Source: Anaerohalosphaeraceae bacterium (lineage in GTDB: Bacteria > Planctomycetota > Phycisphaerae > Sedimentisphaerales > Anaerohalosphaeraceae). Taken from it: a stretch of 64,000 nt of DNA. The DNA lies in assembly GCA_963675525.2 (NCBI GenBank), contig CAXXSL010000001.1:96001-160000 (forward strand). The letters are read 5' to 3'. Shown one piece after another: positions 40,115-51,201 of the stretch. The translations under genes were made by a program, and so were the position numbers. Positions within the stretch are counted from its first letter, which is position 1; each line of letters opens with the position of its first letter. The notes under the pieces are model-generated. The model saw nothing but the letters and a program-made list of their open reading frames with translations, searched no databases and had not been told where the DNA came from.

Positions 40115-41242
40115 TTGTCTTGTACAATTAATTTTCTTGATTTATTAAAGATTAACAAAAGCTATGAGCCGCAATTAAGTAAAGCTGTCCAGCGTGTCAT
40201 TCATTCCGGATGGTATTTGCAGGGCAGTGAGCTTGAGGCTTTCGAAAATGAATATGCCCGTTATATTGGCACCCGATATTGTATCGGTTTGGCAAATGGC
40301 TTGGATGCCTTGCGGCTGATTTTAAAGGCCTATATCGAAATGGGAGTGATGGCCGAAGGTGACGAAGTCATTGTCCCGGCCAACACCTACATTGCCAGCA
40401 TTCTGGCGATTACCGACAACCGGCTTAAACCGGTTTTAGTTGAGCCGGATATTCATACATATAATATCGACCAATCTTTGATTGAAGAAAAGATTACAGA
40501 TCGTACAAGGGCAATTATGGTCGTTCATCTATACGGGCGGAATGCGATGTGCCCGGAGATTCAGAAACTGGCTGAAAAATATAATCTGAAGTTGATCGAA
40601 GACAATGCTCAGGCCCAGGGGTGTTATTGCGACCATAGAAAAACGGGATCATTGGGACATGCCGCTGGGAATAGTTTTTATCCGGGCAAGAACCTGGGGG
40701 CACTTGGTGATGCCGGTGCTGTTACAACGGATGATGAAAAACTGGCAGAAGTCGTGAGAGCCTTAGGAAATTACGGTTCTTCAAAAAAATATGTGAATGA
40801 TTATCAGGGGTTGAATTCCCGGCTCGATGAGATCCAGGCTGCAGTGCTGCGAGTTAAGTTGACCAGATTAGACGAGGATAATCAAAAACGGCGGAATATA
40901 GCAGCTTTTTACAAACAACAGATCAAACATTCGGAGATGATTCTTCCGCAGACGGGGCAGGATTGGAACTCTGTCCGGGAAGACAATAATCATGTTTGGC
41001 ATTTATTTGTCTTGCGGCATAAACAACGTGATATACTGCAGGACTATTTGAAAGAAAACGGGGTTCAAACGCTGATTCATTATCCGATTGCCCCACACAA
41101 GCAAAAAGCTTATCGGGGTTGGAATCACATGACCTTTCCGGTGACCGAACAAATTCACAAAGAAGTCCTTAGCTTGCCGATCAGTCCGGTATTGACAGTT
41201 GATGAAGCGAGCAGGGTCTCTGAGCTCATTAATATGTTTTAG
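40115..41242 (+). CDS. DegT/DnrJ-family sugar aminotransferase (FdtB/QdtB-like)
   Basis: [24 protein letters not shown] and [10 protein letters not shown] motifs. Confidence 0.9.
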   Translation: MSCTINFLDLLKINKSYEPQLSKAVQRVIHSGWYLQGSELEAFENEYARYIGTRYCIGLANGLDALRLILKAYIEMGVMAEGDEVIVPANTYIASILAITDNRLKPVLVEPDIHTYNIDQSLIEEKITDRTRAIMVVHLYGRNAMCPEIQKLAEKYNLKLIEDNAQAQGCYCDHRKTGSLGHAAGNSFYPGKNLGALGDAGAVTTDDEKLAEVVRALGNYGSSKKYVNDYQGLNSRLDEIQAAVLRVKLTRLDEDNQKRRNIAAFYKQQIKHSEMILPQTGQDWNSVREDNNHVWHLFVLRHKQRDILQDYLKENGVQTLIHYPIAPHKQKAYRGWNHMTFPVTEQIHKEVLSLPISPVLTVDEASRVSELINMF

Positions 41243-41279
41243 GGTGGATGAGTGACATGCGATTATATGGGAGCATTTC

Positions 41280-41723
41280 ATGATTATTGATCATGTGGGG
41301 ATTGCGGTAAGGTCTCTAACGGAGGGAATAGAGCATTGGAAAAAAGTTTTTGGCTACGAGCAAGCCACTGAGATTGTGGTTAATACGAGACAAAAGGTTA
41401 AAGTCGTCTTCCTGGAGAAAAAGGATTCTTTGACCATTAAATTGATAGAGCCGCTTGATGAAACATCTCCAGTGTTTGAATTTGCCAAAAAAGGGGGTGG
41501 GTTGCATCACTTGTGTTTTAAATGTGATGACATGAAATATGAGCTTGAACAGTTAAAAGCGATGGGGCTTAGGACTTTAGCTGCTCCCCAACCGGGAGAG
41601 GCTTTTGAGAATGAAAATATTGCTTTTGTTTACGCCAAACAAGGCCTGAATATCGAACTTATTGATACCGACAAAAAGGCCAAGCGACTGAATATAGACT
41701 CATTTCCTGATACAAACGTATAA
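41280..41723 (+). CDS. VOC-family protein, methylmalonyl-CoA epimerase-like
   Basis: IDHVGIAV, GGGLHHLCF and IELI motifs. Confidence 0.8.
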   Translation: MIIDHVGIAVRSLTEGIEHWKKVFGYEQATEIVVNTRQKVKVVFLEKKDSLTIKLIEPLDETSPVFEFAKKGGGLHHLCFKCDDMKYELEQLKAMGLRTLAAPQPGEAFENENIAFVYAKQGLNIELIDTDKKAKRLNIDSFPDTNV

Positions 41724-41877
41724 TCAAAAAATGTGTCAAGGATGAAGAGGGCAATGTTTTTCTGTCATTGAAGGAGCCTATCAATAAATTTTATGTCTTC
41801 CGATAAAGCGCGGGATTAAAAAACATGTGAACCGGTCGGTTAATACTTTTAAATGCAATAATTGATATTATTTTTAT

Positions 41878-43374
41878 ATGGATACAACAGAGAAAAGTTC
41901 GCACAAACAAATTTTAAAGGCTACGGGCATTGTTGGCGGCGCCCAGGTGATTTCAATTCTCATACGAATGCTGCGCAACAAGGTGATTGCTGTTTTGATG
42001 GGGCCTGCGGGGTACGGAATTCACGCCTTGTATCAACGGACATTGGATCTTATCCGCAGCGCAACTGGATTTGGAATTCAATATAGTGCTGTCCGTGATA
42101 TTGCCGAGGCGGCTGGCACTGATGACCATACTCGAATTTCCCGGACGGTCCTGATACTTCGCAGGTGGGTTTGGTTTACGGGGTTATTAGGATTGGTCCT
42201 GACAGCAGTTTTCAGTAAACCAATAAGTCTACGCACTTTTGGAGATGAAAAACATACATGGGGCATATTAGGTCTTTCTGTGATTTTGCTATTAGAAGCG
42301 ATCACAGGGGGAAATCTAGCATTTCTGCAAGGCTTGCGTCGCATCAGCTCAATGGCGAAAGCAAATGTTTTAGGTGTTTTAGCAGGTTTTATTATTTCTG
42401 TACCATTGTATTGGTTTTTTGGTTTTAAAGGTATTGTTCCGGCACTATTAGTTGCAAGCGCTGTCAATCTCCTTCTTTCCTGGCTTTATACTCGGAAAAT
42501 CCCTGTCGAACATGTGCCGCTAACCCTTAAAGAAACATGTATAGGTGGATTGAGCATGGTGCGGTTGGGTTTTTTTTTAGTAATTACCGGGTTTGCAACA
42601 ACTGCGGCAATGTACTTAGTTATGATTTTTGTCACAAAAAAGTCAGGCATTAAAGATGTAGGCCAATATCAGGCTGCTTGGACTCTTAGCCTGACCTATG
42701 TGGGCCTGGTCCTGCAAGCAATGGGGGCCGATTACTTTCCAAGATTAAGTGCCGTTAATCATGATAATACCCAGGTTATTAAGCTTGTTAACGAGCAGAC
42801 GGAAATAGCGTTGCTTATAGCGGGGCCTTTAGTTGTAGGAATGTTATCTTTTGTTGCCCCAGTTGTCTATTTATTATATTCGACCGAGTTCGACAAAGCA
42901 ATTAATATACTACATTGGCAGTTGGCTGGATCATTATTAAAGGTTTTGTCATGGCCCATGGCCTTTATTCTGCTATCTAAAAAGAAAGGGATTTTGTTTT
43001 TGGTCACAGAGCTTAGTTGGAATATTATTTTTGTGACCTTGGTTTATTTTGGTTGGGAATATGTTGGGCTTGAGATAACCGGCGTGTCATTTTTCATTTC
43101 ATTTGTGCTTTACAATCTTATACTTTTATTAATAACTCGAAAGTTGTGTCAATTTAGATGGGGGAACCGAAACATCAAATTCATCCTTGTTTTTGGTGTA
43201 TTTACATTTGTGGCATTTCTTAATAGTAGGTATGTACTCGGCATGAAAGGTTACTTTGCGGGAGGAATCCTGTCACTTTGTGTTGTGGTATATTCATTTT
43301 TCGAGCTTCATAAAATCGTTGATTTGAAAGAAATATATAAAAAGTTTTTAAATAAACTTCCGGGAAGAAATTGA
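41878..43374 (+). CDS. wzx: O-antigen/EPS flippase (WzxE-like)
   Basis: Multi-TM protein with RNKVIAVLMGPAGYG and DYFPRLS motifs. Confidence 0.85.
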   Translation: MDTTEKSSHKQILKATGIVGGAQVISILIRMLRNKVIAVLMGPAGYGIHALYQRTLDLIRSATGFGIQYSAVRDIAEAAGTDDHTRISRTVLILRRWVWFTGLLGLVLTAVFSKPISLRTFGDEKHTWGILGLSVILLLEAITGGNLAFLQGLRRISSMAKANVLGVLAGFIISVPLYWFFGFKGIVPALLVASAVNLLLSWLYTRKIPVEHVPLTLKETCIGGLSMVRLGFFLVITGFATTAAMYLVMIFVTKKSGIKDVGQYQAAWTLSLTYVGLVLQAMGADYFPRLSAVNHDNTQVIKLVNEQTEIALLIAGPLVVGMLSFVAPVVYLLYSTEFDKAINILHWQLAGSLLKVLSWPMAFILLSKKKGILFLVTELSWNIIFVTLVYFGWEYVGLEITGVSFFISFVLYNLILLLITRKLCQFRWGNRNIKFILVFGVFTFVAFLNSRYVLGMKGYFAGGILSLCVVVYSFFELHKIVDLKEIYKKFLNKLPGRN

Positions 43375-43447
43375 TTTCGAGCGGCTTTGTCAATTGTGGT
43401 TTGTGTGTTTTTGCGGGGATGACAAAGTCTTGTTTAGAGAGGACGGG

Positions 43448-44419
43448 ATGGGCATGATCAAAGAACAACCCCTTGTCAGTTTTTTTGTGATTTCGTATAA
43501 ACAGGAGGAATTTATCCGGGATGCGATACAAGGCGCCTTTGCTCAGACATATGAGCCGCTTGAAATTATTCTGTCGGATGATTGTTCGCCGGATCGCACA
43601 TTTGAAATCATCAAGGAAGAGACCGAATCTTATTCCGGCCCGCATCGGATTATTCTTAACCAGAATGAAAGCAATCAAGGCATCGCAGGGAATCTGAATC
43701 GAGCCTTAGAATTAGCCAAAGGGCAATTTATAATAGCTTCTGCGGGCGATGATATTTCCTTGCCGGAAAGAACTGCGGAGATTGTGAAGCGTTTGCAGGA
43801 AACGGAATCTCCTGTCGACATGGTCTGCTCTTATTGCGAAGAGATCGATGAGACAGGGAAGCCAATAGGACAGATTCAAAAAGATGTTCTTTTTCTGCCG
43901 GACACCAATGAACCGGTGCGTAAATGGGCATGCGGGGCGACAGGGGCCTGTTTGGGCTACAACCGGAAACTATATGACAAATTTGGGCCACTTGATATAC
44001 GTGTCATTGCTGAAGATTGGGTTCTTCCTTTTAGAGCATGGGTAGAGTCGGGGATTGCCCTTGTTGATAAACCACTTGTTAAACATCGTGTCCATGGCAG
44101 ATGTCTTTCTGTAATTTACCAGGATATCAATGCCGAGCGAACGCCCGAATCAAGACATTTGTTGCGGCGAAAAACAACCGGCAGCACTCTGGCACGAGCA
44201 AAAGATTGGCTCCATGTCTGGCAGATTTCAGGTGATGACAAAGATGGTCACATTGGAAAGCAGATGAAAGAATGGATTCGATTGCTGGAAATTGAATGGC
44301 GAGCTTATGATCTTAATCGTCTGCAGGCATTAAAATCAGCAATAAAAGCGATGCATTACAGTGGCGGATTTAAGGTTGCACTCAGGATTTTCTATCGTTT
44401 AGTGCTTCGCAGACAATAA
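43448..44419 (+). CDS. Glycosyltransferase family 2
   Basis: EIILSDDCSPD, AGDDIS and AEDW motifs. Confidence 0.9.
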   Translation: MGMIKEQPLVSFFVISYKQEEFIRDAIQGAFAQTYEPLEIILSDDCSPDRTFEIIKEETESYSGPHRIILNQNESNQGIAGNLNRALELAKGQFIIASAGDDISLPERTAEIVKRLQETESPVDMVCSYCEEIDETGKPIGQIQKDVLFLPDTNEPVRKWACGATGACLGYNRKLYDKFGPLDIRVIAEDWVLPFRAWVESGIALVDKPLVKHRVHGRCLSVIYQDINAERTPESRHLLRRKTTGSTLARAKDWLHVWQISGDDKDGHIGKQMKEWIRLLEIEWRAYDLNRLQALKSAIKAMHYSGGFKVALRIFYRLVLRRQ

Positions 44420-44436
44420 ATTTTGAATAAAACGAT

Positions 44437-45783
44437 ATGGTAGAAGAAGTTTACATTATAGGAGATACTGCTTATGCCGGGCATACGACAGTTCACCCAC
44501 TGGCTATATGTACAGTAATAGTTTTGGGTATTTCTGTTTTGTTCTTGCCAAGGCGTTGGTCTGTTTTCCCGATTCTGTTTATGACGTGTTTTATTTCATC
44601 GGCGCAACGAATTGTTATAGCCGGGATGGACTTCGATTTTCTGCGGATTATGGTTCTCTTTGGTGTTATGCGATTGCTTTTACGCAAGGAATATATTGGT
44701 TTTGTATGGAAATCACTGGACTCTATGGTAGCCCTTTGGGTTGCTTCTTCTGTTTTTTTCTTTATTCTTCGTGAAGGTACATTTGGCGCCGTCATAAATC
44801 GCCTTGGCTTTGCATTCGATGTATTTGGCATGTATTTTCTTTTTCGGTGCCTGATCAGAAGTTGGATAGATATCGATAGAATTATCTTGAGTGTTATTTT
44901 GATAAGTATTCCAGTGATGATTTTTTTTTTACTTGAACACGGATCTGGTCGCAATCTGTTTTCGATTTTCGGTGGTGTCCCGGAAATCACTGAGATTCGA
45001 GGAGAGCGTCTTCGCTGTCAAGGTGCATTCTCTCACCCGATTCTGGCAGGTTGTTTCTGGGCCTTACTGATGCCGCTTATTGCGGCTTATTGGTGGAAAT
45101 CTGCCAGAGACAGAATGATTGCCGTGATAGGAATTATAGCTTCATGTATTGTTGTTATCTGCAGTGCGTCTAGCACCCCGGTAATGGGGGTCTTGTCGGC
45201 CGTCATTGGAGGATGCTTTTTTTTTCTCCGAAAATACATGCGGTTCGTTTGCATGGGAGTTATTTTGACTCTGATAGCCTTGCACCTTGTAATGAATGGG
45301 CCCGTCTGGGGTTTGATTGCCCGGATCCATTCAGTTGGAGGATCGACGGGTTGGCACCGCTACAATCTTATCAATCAGGCTATAATAAATATCAATGATT
45401 GGTGGTTTAGCGGTTGTTCGGGTTATACTGTAGCATCATGGGGGATTCATGCTGGTGACGTAACTAATCAATATGTGTTGGAAGGTGTTAAAGGTGGACT
45501 TATCACAATGGTTTTATTTATTGCGGTGATCCTGACAGCGTTTCGTGATGTTGGTCGTTTGTGCCGGTTCCAGTCCAATCATACTTATCAACTTGCATTG
45601 TCTTGGGCACTTGGAGTTATCCTTTTTGTTCATTGTTCAAATTTTATAGGTGTGTCCTATTTTGGTCAAATTTGGATATTATGGTATTTATTGCTCGGGA
45701 TGATTGGCAGTATGTCATGTAAAAAAGTTAAAAATATAAGATCAAAAATTACATATTCAAAGTTAGTAAATAGATCTTATTAA
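44437..45783 (+). CDS. O-antigen polymerase/ligase-like membrane protein
   Basis: Multi-TM protein with R.QGAFSHPILAG and D.TNQY motifs. Confidence 0.7.
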   Translation: MVEEVYIIGDTAYAGHTTVHPLAICTVIVLGISVLFLPRRWSVFPILFMTCFISSAQRIVIAGMDFDFLRIMVLFGVMRLLLRKEYIGFVWKSLDSMVALWVASSVFFFILREGTFGAVINRLGFAFDVFGMYFLFRCLIRSWIDIDRIILSVILISIPVMIFFLLEHGSGRNLFSIFGGVPEITEIRGERLRCQGAFSHPILAGCFWALLMPLIAAYWWKSARDRMIAVIGIIASCIVVICSASSTPVMGVLSAVIGGCFFFLRKYMRFVCMGVILTLIALHLVMNGPVWGLIARIHSVGGSTGWHRYNLINQAIININDWWFSGCSGYTVASWGIHAGDVTNQYVLEGVKGGLITMVLFIAVILTAFRDVGRLCRFQSNHTYQLALSWALGVILFVHCSNFIGVSYFGQIWILWYLLLGMIGSMSCKKVKNIRSKITYSKLVNRSY

Positions 45784-45909
45784 AAGCCTACAGTGGTGAT
45801 ATTTAAAGTTAATGCCAAAAACTGCCCATACGGTTTAAATACAACTTTATTGCATTAAAATATTTTGATAGTTTTAGGTCGTAATGATTTAAAGATTGGA
45901 GTTTGAGAG

Positions 45910-46884
45910 TTGGCGTTTTCAGATCAATACTTGCTGGTAAAAGGCTCAGGGGGCATGGGCAATAGGATGTTGTGTGCTGTCAGCGGCATTCTTTATGGAG
46001 AGATTTCAAAACGGAAAGTTATTATTGACTGGTCAGACAAGGCTTATTCGGTGGATGGAACCAATGTATTTGGGTCATATTTTAATTGTCCTGGTGTTTA
46101 TGGACTGGAGAGTCTTCCGGATACCGATGATATATCGCCTGAGATATGGAGGGGACGCTTAGATAAATCCATGGGCTGGATGTTAGAAAATTATGACCGG
46201 GACAAAGTAAGCAGTATTTTTATTCATAATAAATACTCTATTAATGTCAAACAGCTTAATCATCATCAGAGGATAGCCGTATTTTGGTATTATACTCATC
46301 GTATTCCAGCCATTATACCACATTTACATGGTACACAGTATGCTAAAATGGGCATCAAGGGCTTATTGAGAAAAGTATTGAATGACACGATGGCTCTCAA
46401 TGATGAGATTTTTCAAAAAGTCTACGACTTCCAATTAGAACACTTCAAGAAGGCTGTTGTTGGATTACATATTCGCCAGACAGATCGTCAAGTATCTCTA
46501 GAGAAATACCTAAAACCTTTGAGGGGAATCTTAAGAAGAAAACCACATGCTCGGATATTTTTAGCGACCGACAATAAAAAAATAGAGGCATATTTAGAGG
46601 ATGAATACCACGATAGGGTGTTAAAGACTGTCAAATGGCAACCTAATGAGAATGAAACAATGCATATGAATTCCAGTTGTCCTGATAGATTTCAAAATGG
46701 CATCGAAGCCTTGGTAGATATGTATTTGTTATCGAGGTGTAATTATCTTATATATCCGGGATGTTCAACATTCTCATGGATATCCTCGATTTTATCACAG
46801 GCGGAGTCTGAGCATATCATAGATATTCAACGATATAATTTGCTGGTTCGGTTCAAACGATGGCTGAGGCATTTCGTAGCCTGA
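45910..46884 (+). CDS. NodZ-like fucosyltransferase
   Basis: KGSGGMGNRM, GLHIRQTD, IFLATDN, ALVDMYLLSRC..STFS. Confidence 0.75.
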   Translation: MAFSDQYLLVKGSGGMGNRMLCAVSGILYGEISKRKVIIDWSDKAYSVDGTNVFGSYFNCPGVYGLESLPDTDDISPEIWRGRLDKSMGWMLENYDRDKVSSIFIHNKYSINVKQLNHHQRIAVFWYYTHRIPAIIPHLHGTQYAKMGIKGLLRKVLNDTMALNDEIFQKVYDFQLEHFKKAVVGLHIRQTDRQVSLEKYLKPLRGILRRKPHARIFLATDNKKIEAYLEDEYHDRVLKTVKWQPNENETMHMNSSCPDRFQNGIEALVDMYLLSRCNYLIYPGCSTFSWISSILSQAESEHIIDIQRYNLLVRFKRWLRHFVA

Positions 46885-46907
46885 ATGATTTCAATAAATG
46901 GGCTTAT

Positions 46908-47894
46908 ATGATTTTAGATAAAAATAATTCAAATCCTTATCGACTTGATGTGTCGATTATAATAGTTAATTGGAATACGCGGGATATTTTACGGGATTGT
47001 CTATGTTCGATTTTCGAACAGATCCGAAATATAAGTTTTGAAGTTATCGTTATTGACAATGCATCTTCAGATGGTTCTGTAGAGATGGTTAAGCAGGAAT
47101 TCCATAAGGTCAAATTGATTGAAAACAGGGAAAATCGTGGCTTTGCCGCAGCCAATAATCAAGGGATAAAGATTGCCGATGGACGTTATATACTTTGTTT
47201 GAACAGTGATACAATTGTGCTGGATGGAGCAATCCAAAAAACGATGAATTTCGCGGACAAGCACACAGATACTGCTGTAATTGGTTGCAAAGTGCTAAAT
47301 CCGGATATGACTCTTCAACCGACCTGCTTTATGTTCCCCTCACTGCTGAATTTGTTTTTATCGGCAACTTTCCTTTCTAATCTATTTTCAAGCTCTCGTT
47401 TTTGGGGTCGAGAACGAATGGGTTGGTGGAACCGTGATAAGGTACTTGAAGTGGAGGTGGTTACCGGGTGTTTTATGTTGGTGCGGCACAAAGCACTTGA
47501 AGCGGTTGGATTAATGGATGAAAGTTTCTATATGTATGCCGAAGAAACCGACTGGTGTTTTAGGTTCTCAAAATCAGGATGGAAAAATCTTTTCTATCCG
47601 AATGCTCAAATCATCCATTTGGGTGGTCAGAGTAGCAAGAAAGTCCGCCAAGAGATGATTTTACAGACACGAGCAGGGATTTTGTATTTTATTAAGAAGC
47701 ATTATTCGTATCTGGAATATATATTGTGTTGCTTCTTGTTTTCGTTACATGCTTTGTTTCGATTGCCTTTTTGGGGTAGCAAAGTTTTATTTGGTCCTGA
47801 CAAGTTATTTGCATTGACTACTTTTAAGGCCTATTTAAAGGGTGTTATTAAGCCTTTTGGTGGGTGGCACTCTTTGTCCTCTAAAAAAGAATGA
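46908..47894 (+). CDS. Glycosyltransferase family 2 (WbbL/RfbF-like)
   Basis: IIVNWN, DNASSDGS, GFAAANN, LNSD and YAEETDWC motifs. Confidence 0.9.
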   Translation: MILDKNNSNPYRLDVSIIIVNWNTRDILRDCLCSIFEQIRNISFEVIVIDNASSDGSVEMVKQEFHKVKLIENRENRGFAAANNQGIKIADGRYILCLNSDTIVLDGAIQKTMNFADKHTDTAVIGCKVLNPDMTLQPTCFMFPSLLNLFLSATFLSNLFSSSRFWGRERMGWWNRDKVLEVEVVTGCFMLVRHKALEAVGLMDESFYMYAEETDWCFRFSKSGWKNLFYPNAQIIHLGGQSSKKVRQEMILQTRAGILYFIKKHYSYLEYILCCFLFSLHALFRLPFWGSKVLFGPDKLFALTTFKAYLKGVIKPFGGWHSLSSKKE

Positions 47895-47990
47895 TTCGTT
47901 TTGAAATTTGTTTATTGCAGTGTTCAAATTATAAAGACAGATTAAATGGTCTGTAACCTACACTTGGGCATTGGTGGAAAAAGGTTATAA

Positions 47991-49310
47991 ATGAAAACGG
48001 CATTAACCGGCCTAACAACGTATATTGTTAAAAGATGCATTGGTCCTTTCAGGTACAGGCGGCTATGGCTGAAAAAGACACAAAGATATTCTTCGGGGCA
48101 ACTTGAAGCAATTCAACTGAAACTACTTCAGGAGTTAATCAAATACGCTTACAAGAATGTTCCTTATTATCGTCAACTTATGGGCGATCGAGCTATTGAG
48201 CCGGCGGATATTCAAGCAATTGAGGATATCCAGAAATTTCCTATATTGACAAAAAAGGATCTATTAAAAGCGGGGTGTTCAATTGTTTCGAAGCGAGTCC
48301 CGAAAATTTTCTTGCGTAAAGCTTACACAGGAGGAACTACTGGAACGCCAGTTATTTTACACAGAAATTTATTTTCAATTGGTAATGAACATGCATTTGT
48401 TCGACGGCAATTCGAGTGGGCAGATATCAAAACGCATGATCGGGTCGCCTATTTAACAGGCCGGGTTATTATCCCTCCTGACCAAACAGAAGGTAATCTA
48501 TATGTCTATGACCCAATAATGAAGGAGCTGATTCTTTCAACCTACCATTTATCAGAAAAATCGGCGAAGCAGTATATTAATACAATGAAAAGATATAATG
48601 TTGAGGCGATTACCGGATACCCTTCAGCAGTGTCTTTTCTGGCTCGAATTTGTTTGGATTCAGAGGAAACTTTTTCGCTCAAGGCTGCTTTAACGACATC
48701 TGAAACCTTAACAAATTCAATGCGTGACCTGATCTCTCGAGCTTTTAGCTGCCCTGTATATGATTATTATGGAAGCGCTGAACGTGTTTGCTATATTTTT
48801 ACGTGTGAAAAAGGAGGTTATCATATTCAACCGGAATATGGATATACGGAATTGATTCCCGTAGACAATACAGGATTGTGCAAAGTTGTTTCAACAGGAT
48901 TTTGGAACAAGTCGATGCCTTTTATTAGATACGACACCGGCGATACGGTTGTAAAATCGAATAATAAATGCTCATGCGGTCGCAATTTCCCCATGATTGA
49001 GGAAATCAAAGGAAGGGTTGCTGATACAATTAAAACGCCTTCTGGACGTGAGTTTGGAGCAGCAATTTTGACACATCTTCTTTATGGTACCGATCATATA
49101 TTTGAAAGTCAGATCCTGCAAGATCGAATAGATCATGTATTTATTGACTATGTACCAAGTGAGTTATTCAACCAACGGGATTACGATGCGTTTGTTGATT
49201 TGATCAAACATCATTTGCCCAGTGAGTTAAAAGTTGATTTTCGTCGCACTGAAAGCATTCCAAGGACGTCGAGTGGAAAGGTACGACCTGTGGTATCAAT
49301 GATACAATGA
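47991..49310 (+). CDS. Phenylacetate-CoA ligase-like / CapK-family adenylating enzyme
   Basis: TGGTTGTP, YGSAE, PFIRYDTGD and RTSSGK motifs. Confidence 0.85.
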   Translation: MKTALTGLTTYIVKRCIGPFRYRRLWLKKTQRYSSGQLEAIQLKLLQELIKYAYKNVPYYRQLMGDRAIEPADIQAIEDIQKFPILTKKDLLKAGCSIVSKRVPKIFLRKAYTGGTTGTPVILHRNLFSIGNEHAFVRRQFEWADIKTHDRVAYLTGRVIIPPDQTEGNLYVYDPIMKELILSTYHLSEKSAKQYINTMKRYNVEAITGYPSAVSFLARICLDSEETFSLKAALTTSETLTNSMRDLISRAFSCPVYDYYGSAERVCYIFTCEKGGYHIQPEYGYTELIPVDNTGLCKVVSTGFWNKSMPFIRYDTGDTVVKSNNKCSCGRNFPMIEEIKGRVADTIKTPSGREFGAAILTHLLYGTDHIFESQILQDRIDHVFIDYVPSELFNQRDYDAFVDLIKHHLPSELKVDFRRTESIPRTSSGKVRPVVSMIQ

Positions 49311-49341
49311 AAGCAAGAAACCGAATAAGAAAGATTAAGCA

Positions 49342-50241
49342 GTGAAATATGTAATTGTTACCCCTGCCTTTAACGAAGAAAAATATATTAGTGAGACAAT
49401 TGACAGTGTACTTTCGCAAACCATTCTTCCGCTCTTATGGACTATAGTCGATGACGGCTCAACTGATCAAACTGCTGATATCATAAAGCGTTATGCTGCA
49501 CAGTATCATTGGATTCGTTATGTTAATAGAACAAAGGATTCTCGTCAAAGTTATTATGCAAGCAATGTGTTTGCAATCCGAGAAGGCATTAAATACCTGC
49601 AGAGCATAGACTATGATTATATTGCTGTTCTGGATGCAGACATTTCGTTGCCCGCGGATTATTATCAGAAGATAGAAGAGATCTTTTCTCATGAACCCCA
49701 GCTTGGAATTACTTCTGGAAACTGTGCTGATCTGATCGATGGAAAACTCAAAAAACATTTATATGACCGTCGTTCTTGTGCAAAAGCGATTATGGTCTTC
49801 CGCAAGCAGTGCTTTGATCAGATTGGGGGGTTTGTCCCGATGATATACGGGGGGGAGGATACCTGTGCGTGTTTTCAGGCGAGAATGCATGGCTGGAAGA
49901 CGTGGGCATTTCATGAATTACTGGTGTCGCATAACAAGCCTCTTGGAACGGGGCCGTCAAATAATATGCTTAAAATTCGCTTTCGTCAGGGAATTTGTGA
50001 TTGGGGATTGGCAGCGAATCCGCTGTTTATGACGATAAAGTGCCTTCGGCGGTGTTTTAAGGAATCGCCATTTATTGTAAGTGGAATTGCTCGATTCGCG
50101 GGCTTTGTCTATGCGCATTTTAAGGGAGAAAAGCGGCAGATTCCAAATGACCTTGTAAAATATATTCGAAAAGAACAACTTAAGCGTGTTTTTAAGGGCA
50201 ATAAAATTCCCGCCGAACATCAGGTTTCTATATCATTATGA
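49342..50241 (+). CDS. Glycosyltransferase family 2
   Basis: TPAFNEE, VDDGSTD, LDAD and GGED motifs. Confidence 0.9.
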   Translation: MKYVIVTPAFNEEKYISETIDSVLSQTILPLLWTIVDDGSTDQTADIIKRYAAQYHWIRYVNRTKDSRQSYYASNVFAIREGIKYLQSIDYDYIAVLDADISLPADYYQKIEEIFSHEPQLGITSGNCADLIDGKLKKHLYDRRSCAKAIMVFRKQCFDQIGGFVPMIYGGEDTCACFQARMHGWKTWAFHELLVSHNKPLGTGPSNNMLKIRFRQGICDWGLAANPLFMTIKCLRRCFKESPFIVSGIARFAGFVYAHFKGEKRQIPNDLVKYIRKEQLKRVFKGNKIPAEHQVSISL

Positions 50242-50687
50242 AAATATGTATTGTTGCATCCGCTGGAGGACACCTTAACCAACTACTGTTATTGCAGCCG
50301 ATTTGGGAAGGGCATGATGTCGTTTGCGTCTCTACCGGCCAGATGGTTCGCAAGAAACTGGAGGCAATTGGGCAAACGTATATTGTTGGCGAGTGCAACC
50401 GGGAACATCCCATTAAGACATTTAGTGTGATGTGGAAATGTTTAAGGATTATTGTGCATGAAAAGCCGAATGTGGTGATCAGTACTGGGGCAGCGGCGGG
50501 ATTTTTGATGTGTTTTTGGGGCAAGCTGTTTGGTGCGAAAGTGATCTGGCTGGACAGTATTGCGAATGCACGGAAACTGTCGATGAGCGGACGGATGATA
50601 CGTCCCTTTGCTAACTTTATTCTCAGCCAGTGGCCGGAGGTCGCGGCAAAGTATCCTGAGGTCGAATACGCAGGAGAGGTGATATGA
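50238..50687 (+). CDS. Alg14/PssD/CpsF-like glycosyltransferase subunit
   Basis: SAGGHL, ISTGA and QWPE motifs. Confidence 0.9.
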   Translation: MKICIVASAGGHLNQLLLLQPIWEGHDVVCVSTGQMVRKKLEAIGQTYIVGECNREHPIKTFSVMWKCLRIIVHEKPNVVISTGAAAGFLMCFWGKLFGAKVIWLDSIANARKLSMSGRMIRPFANFILSQWPEVAAKYPEVEYAGEVI

Positions 50688-51181
50688 TTTTTTTAACCAT
50701 CGGCACACTGTTTGAGTTTGAGCGGCTCGTTCAGGCTGTCGATAAGATTGCCGAAACAGAATTAATTCAGGAAGATATTTTTGCTCAAATTGGTCCCACC
50801 TCCTATAAGCCTCGGAATATGGAATATGTAGACTATCTGAATAAAATTGACTTTGAAGAGAAAATAAGAGTCTGTACGGCGATGATCAGTCATGCCGGTA
50901 TGGGCAGTATCAGTATGGCCCTGGACCATCAAAAACCCTTATTAGTGTTGCCGCGATTAAAAAAATATGGTGAACACGTCAACGATCATCAGTTGGATTC
51001 GGCTCAGAAATTTGAGCAATTGGGTCATATACTTGCAGTTTACGATACAGATGAGTTGGCAAATAAGGTTAGGCAGCTTAAAACCTTTGTTCCTAAACCT
51101 CGCATACCAAACCGGCAGGGAGTGGTGGACTGTATCAGTGAATACATATCATCTATATCCAAAAAGCTGGTACCGAAATAA
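50684..51181 (+). CDS. Alg13/PssE/CpsG-like glycosyltransferase subunit
   Basis: IFLTIGT, HAGMGS and EHVNDHQ motifs. Confidence 0.9.
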   Translation: MIFLTIGTLFEFERLVQAVDKIAETELIQEDIFAQIGPTSYKPRNMEYVDYLNKIDFEEKIRVCTAMISHAGMGSISMALDHQKPLLVLPRLKKYGEHVNDHQLDSAQKFEQLGHILAVYDTDELANKVRQLKTFVPKPRIPNRQGVVDCISEYISSISKKLVPK

Positions 51182-51201
51182 CCTTTTCGGCCTGAGTCTA
51201 T

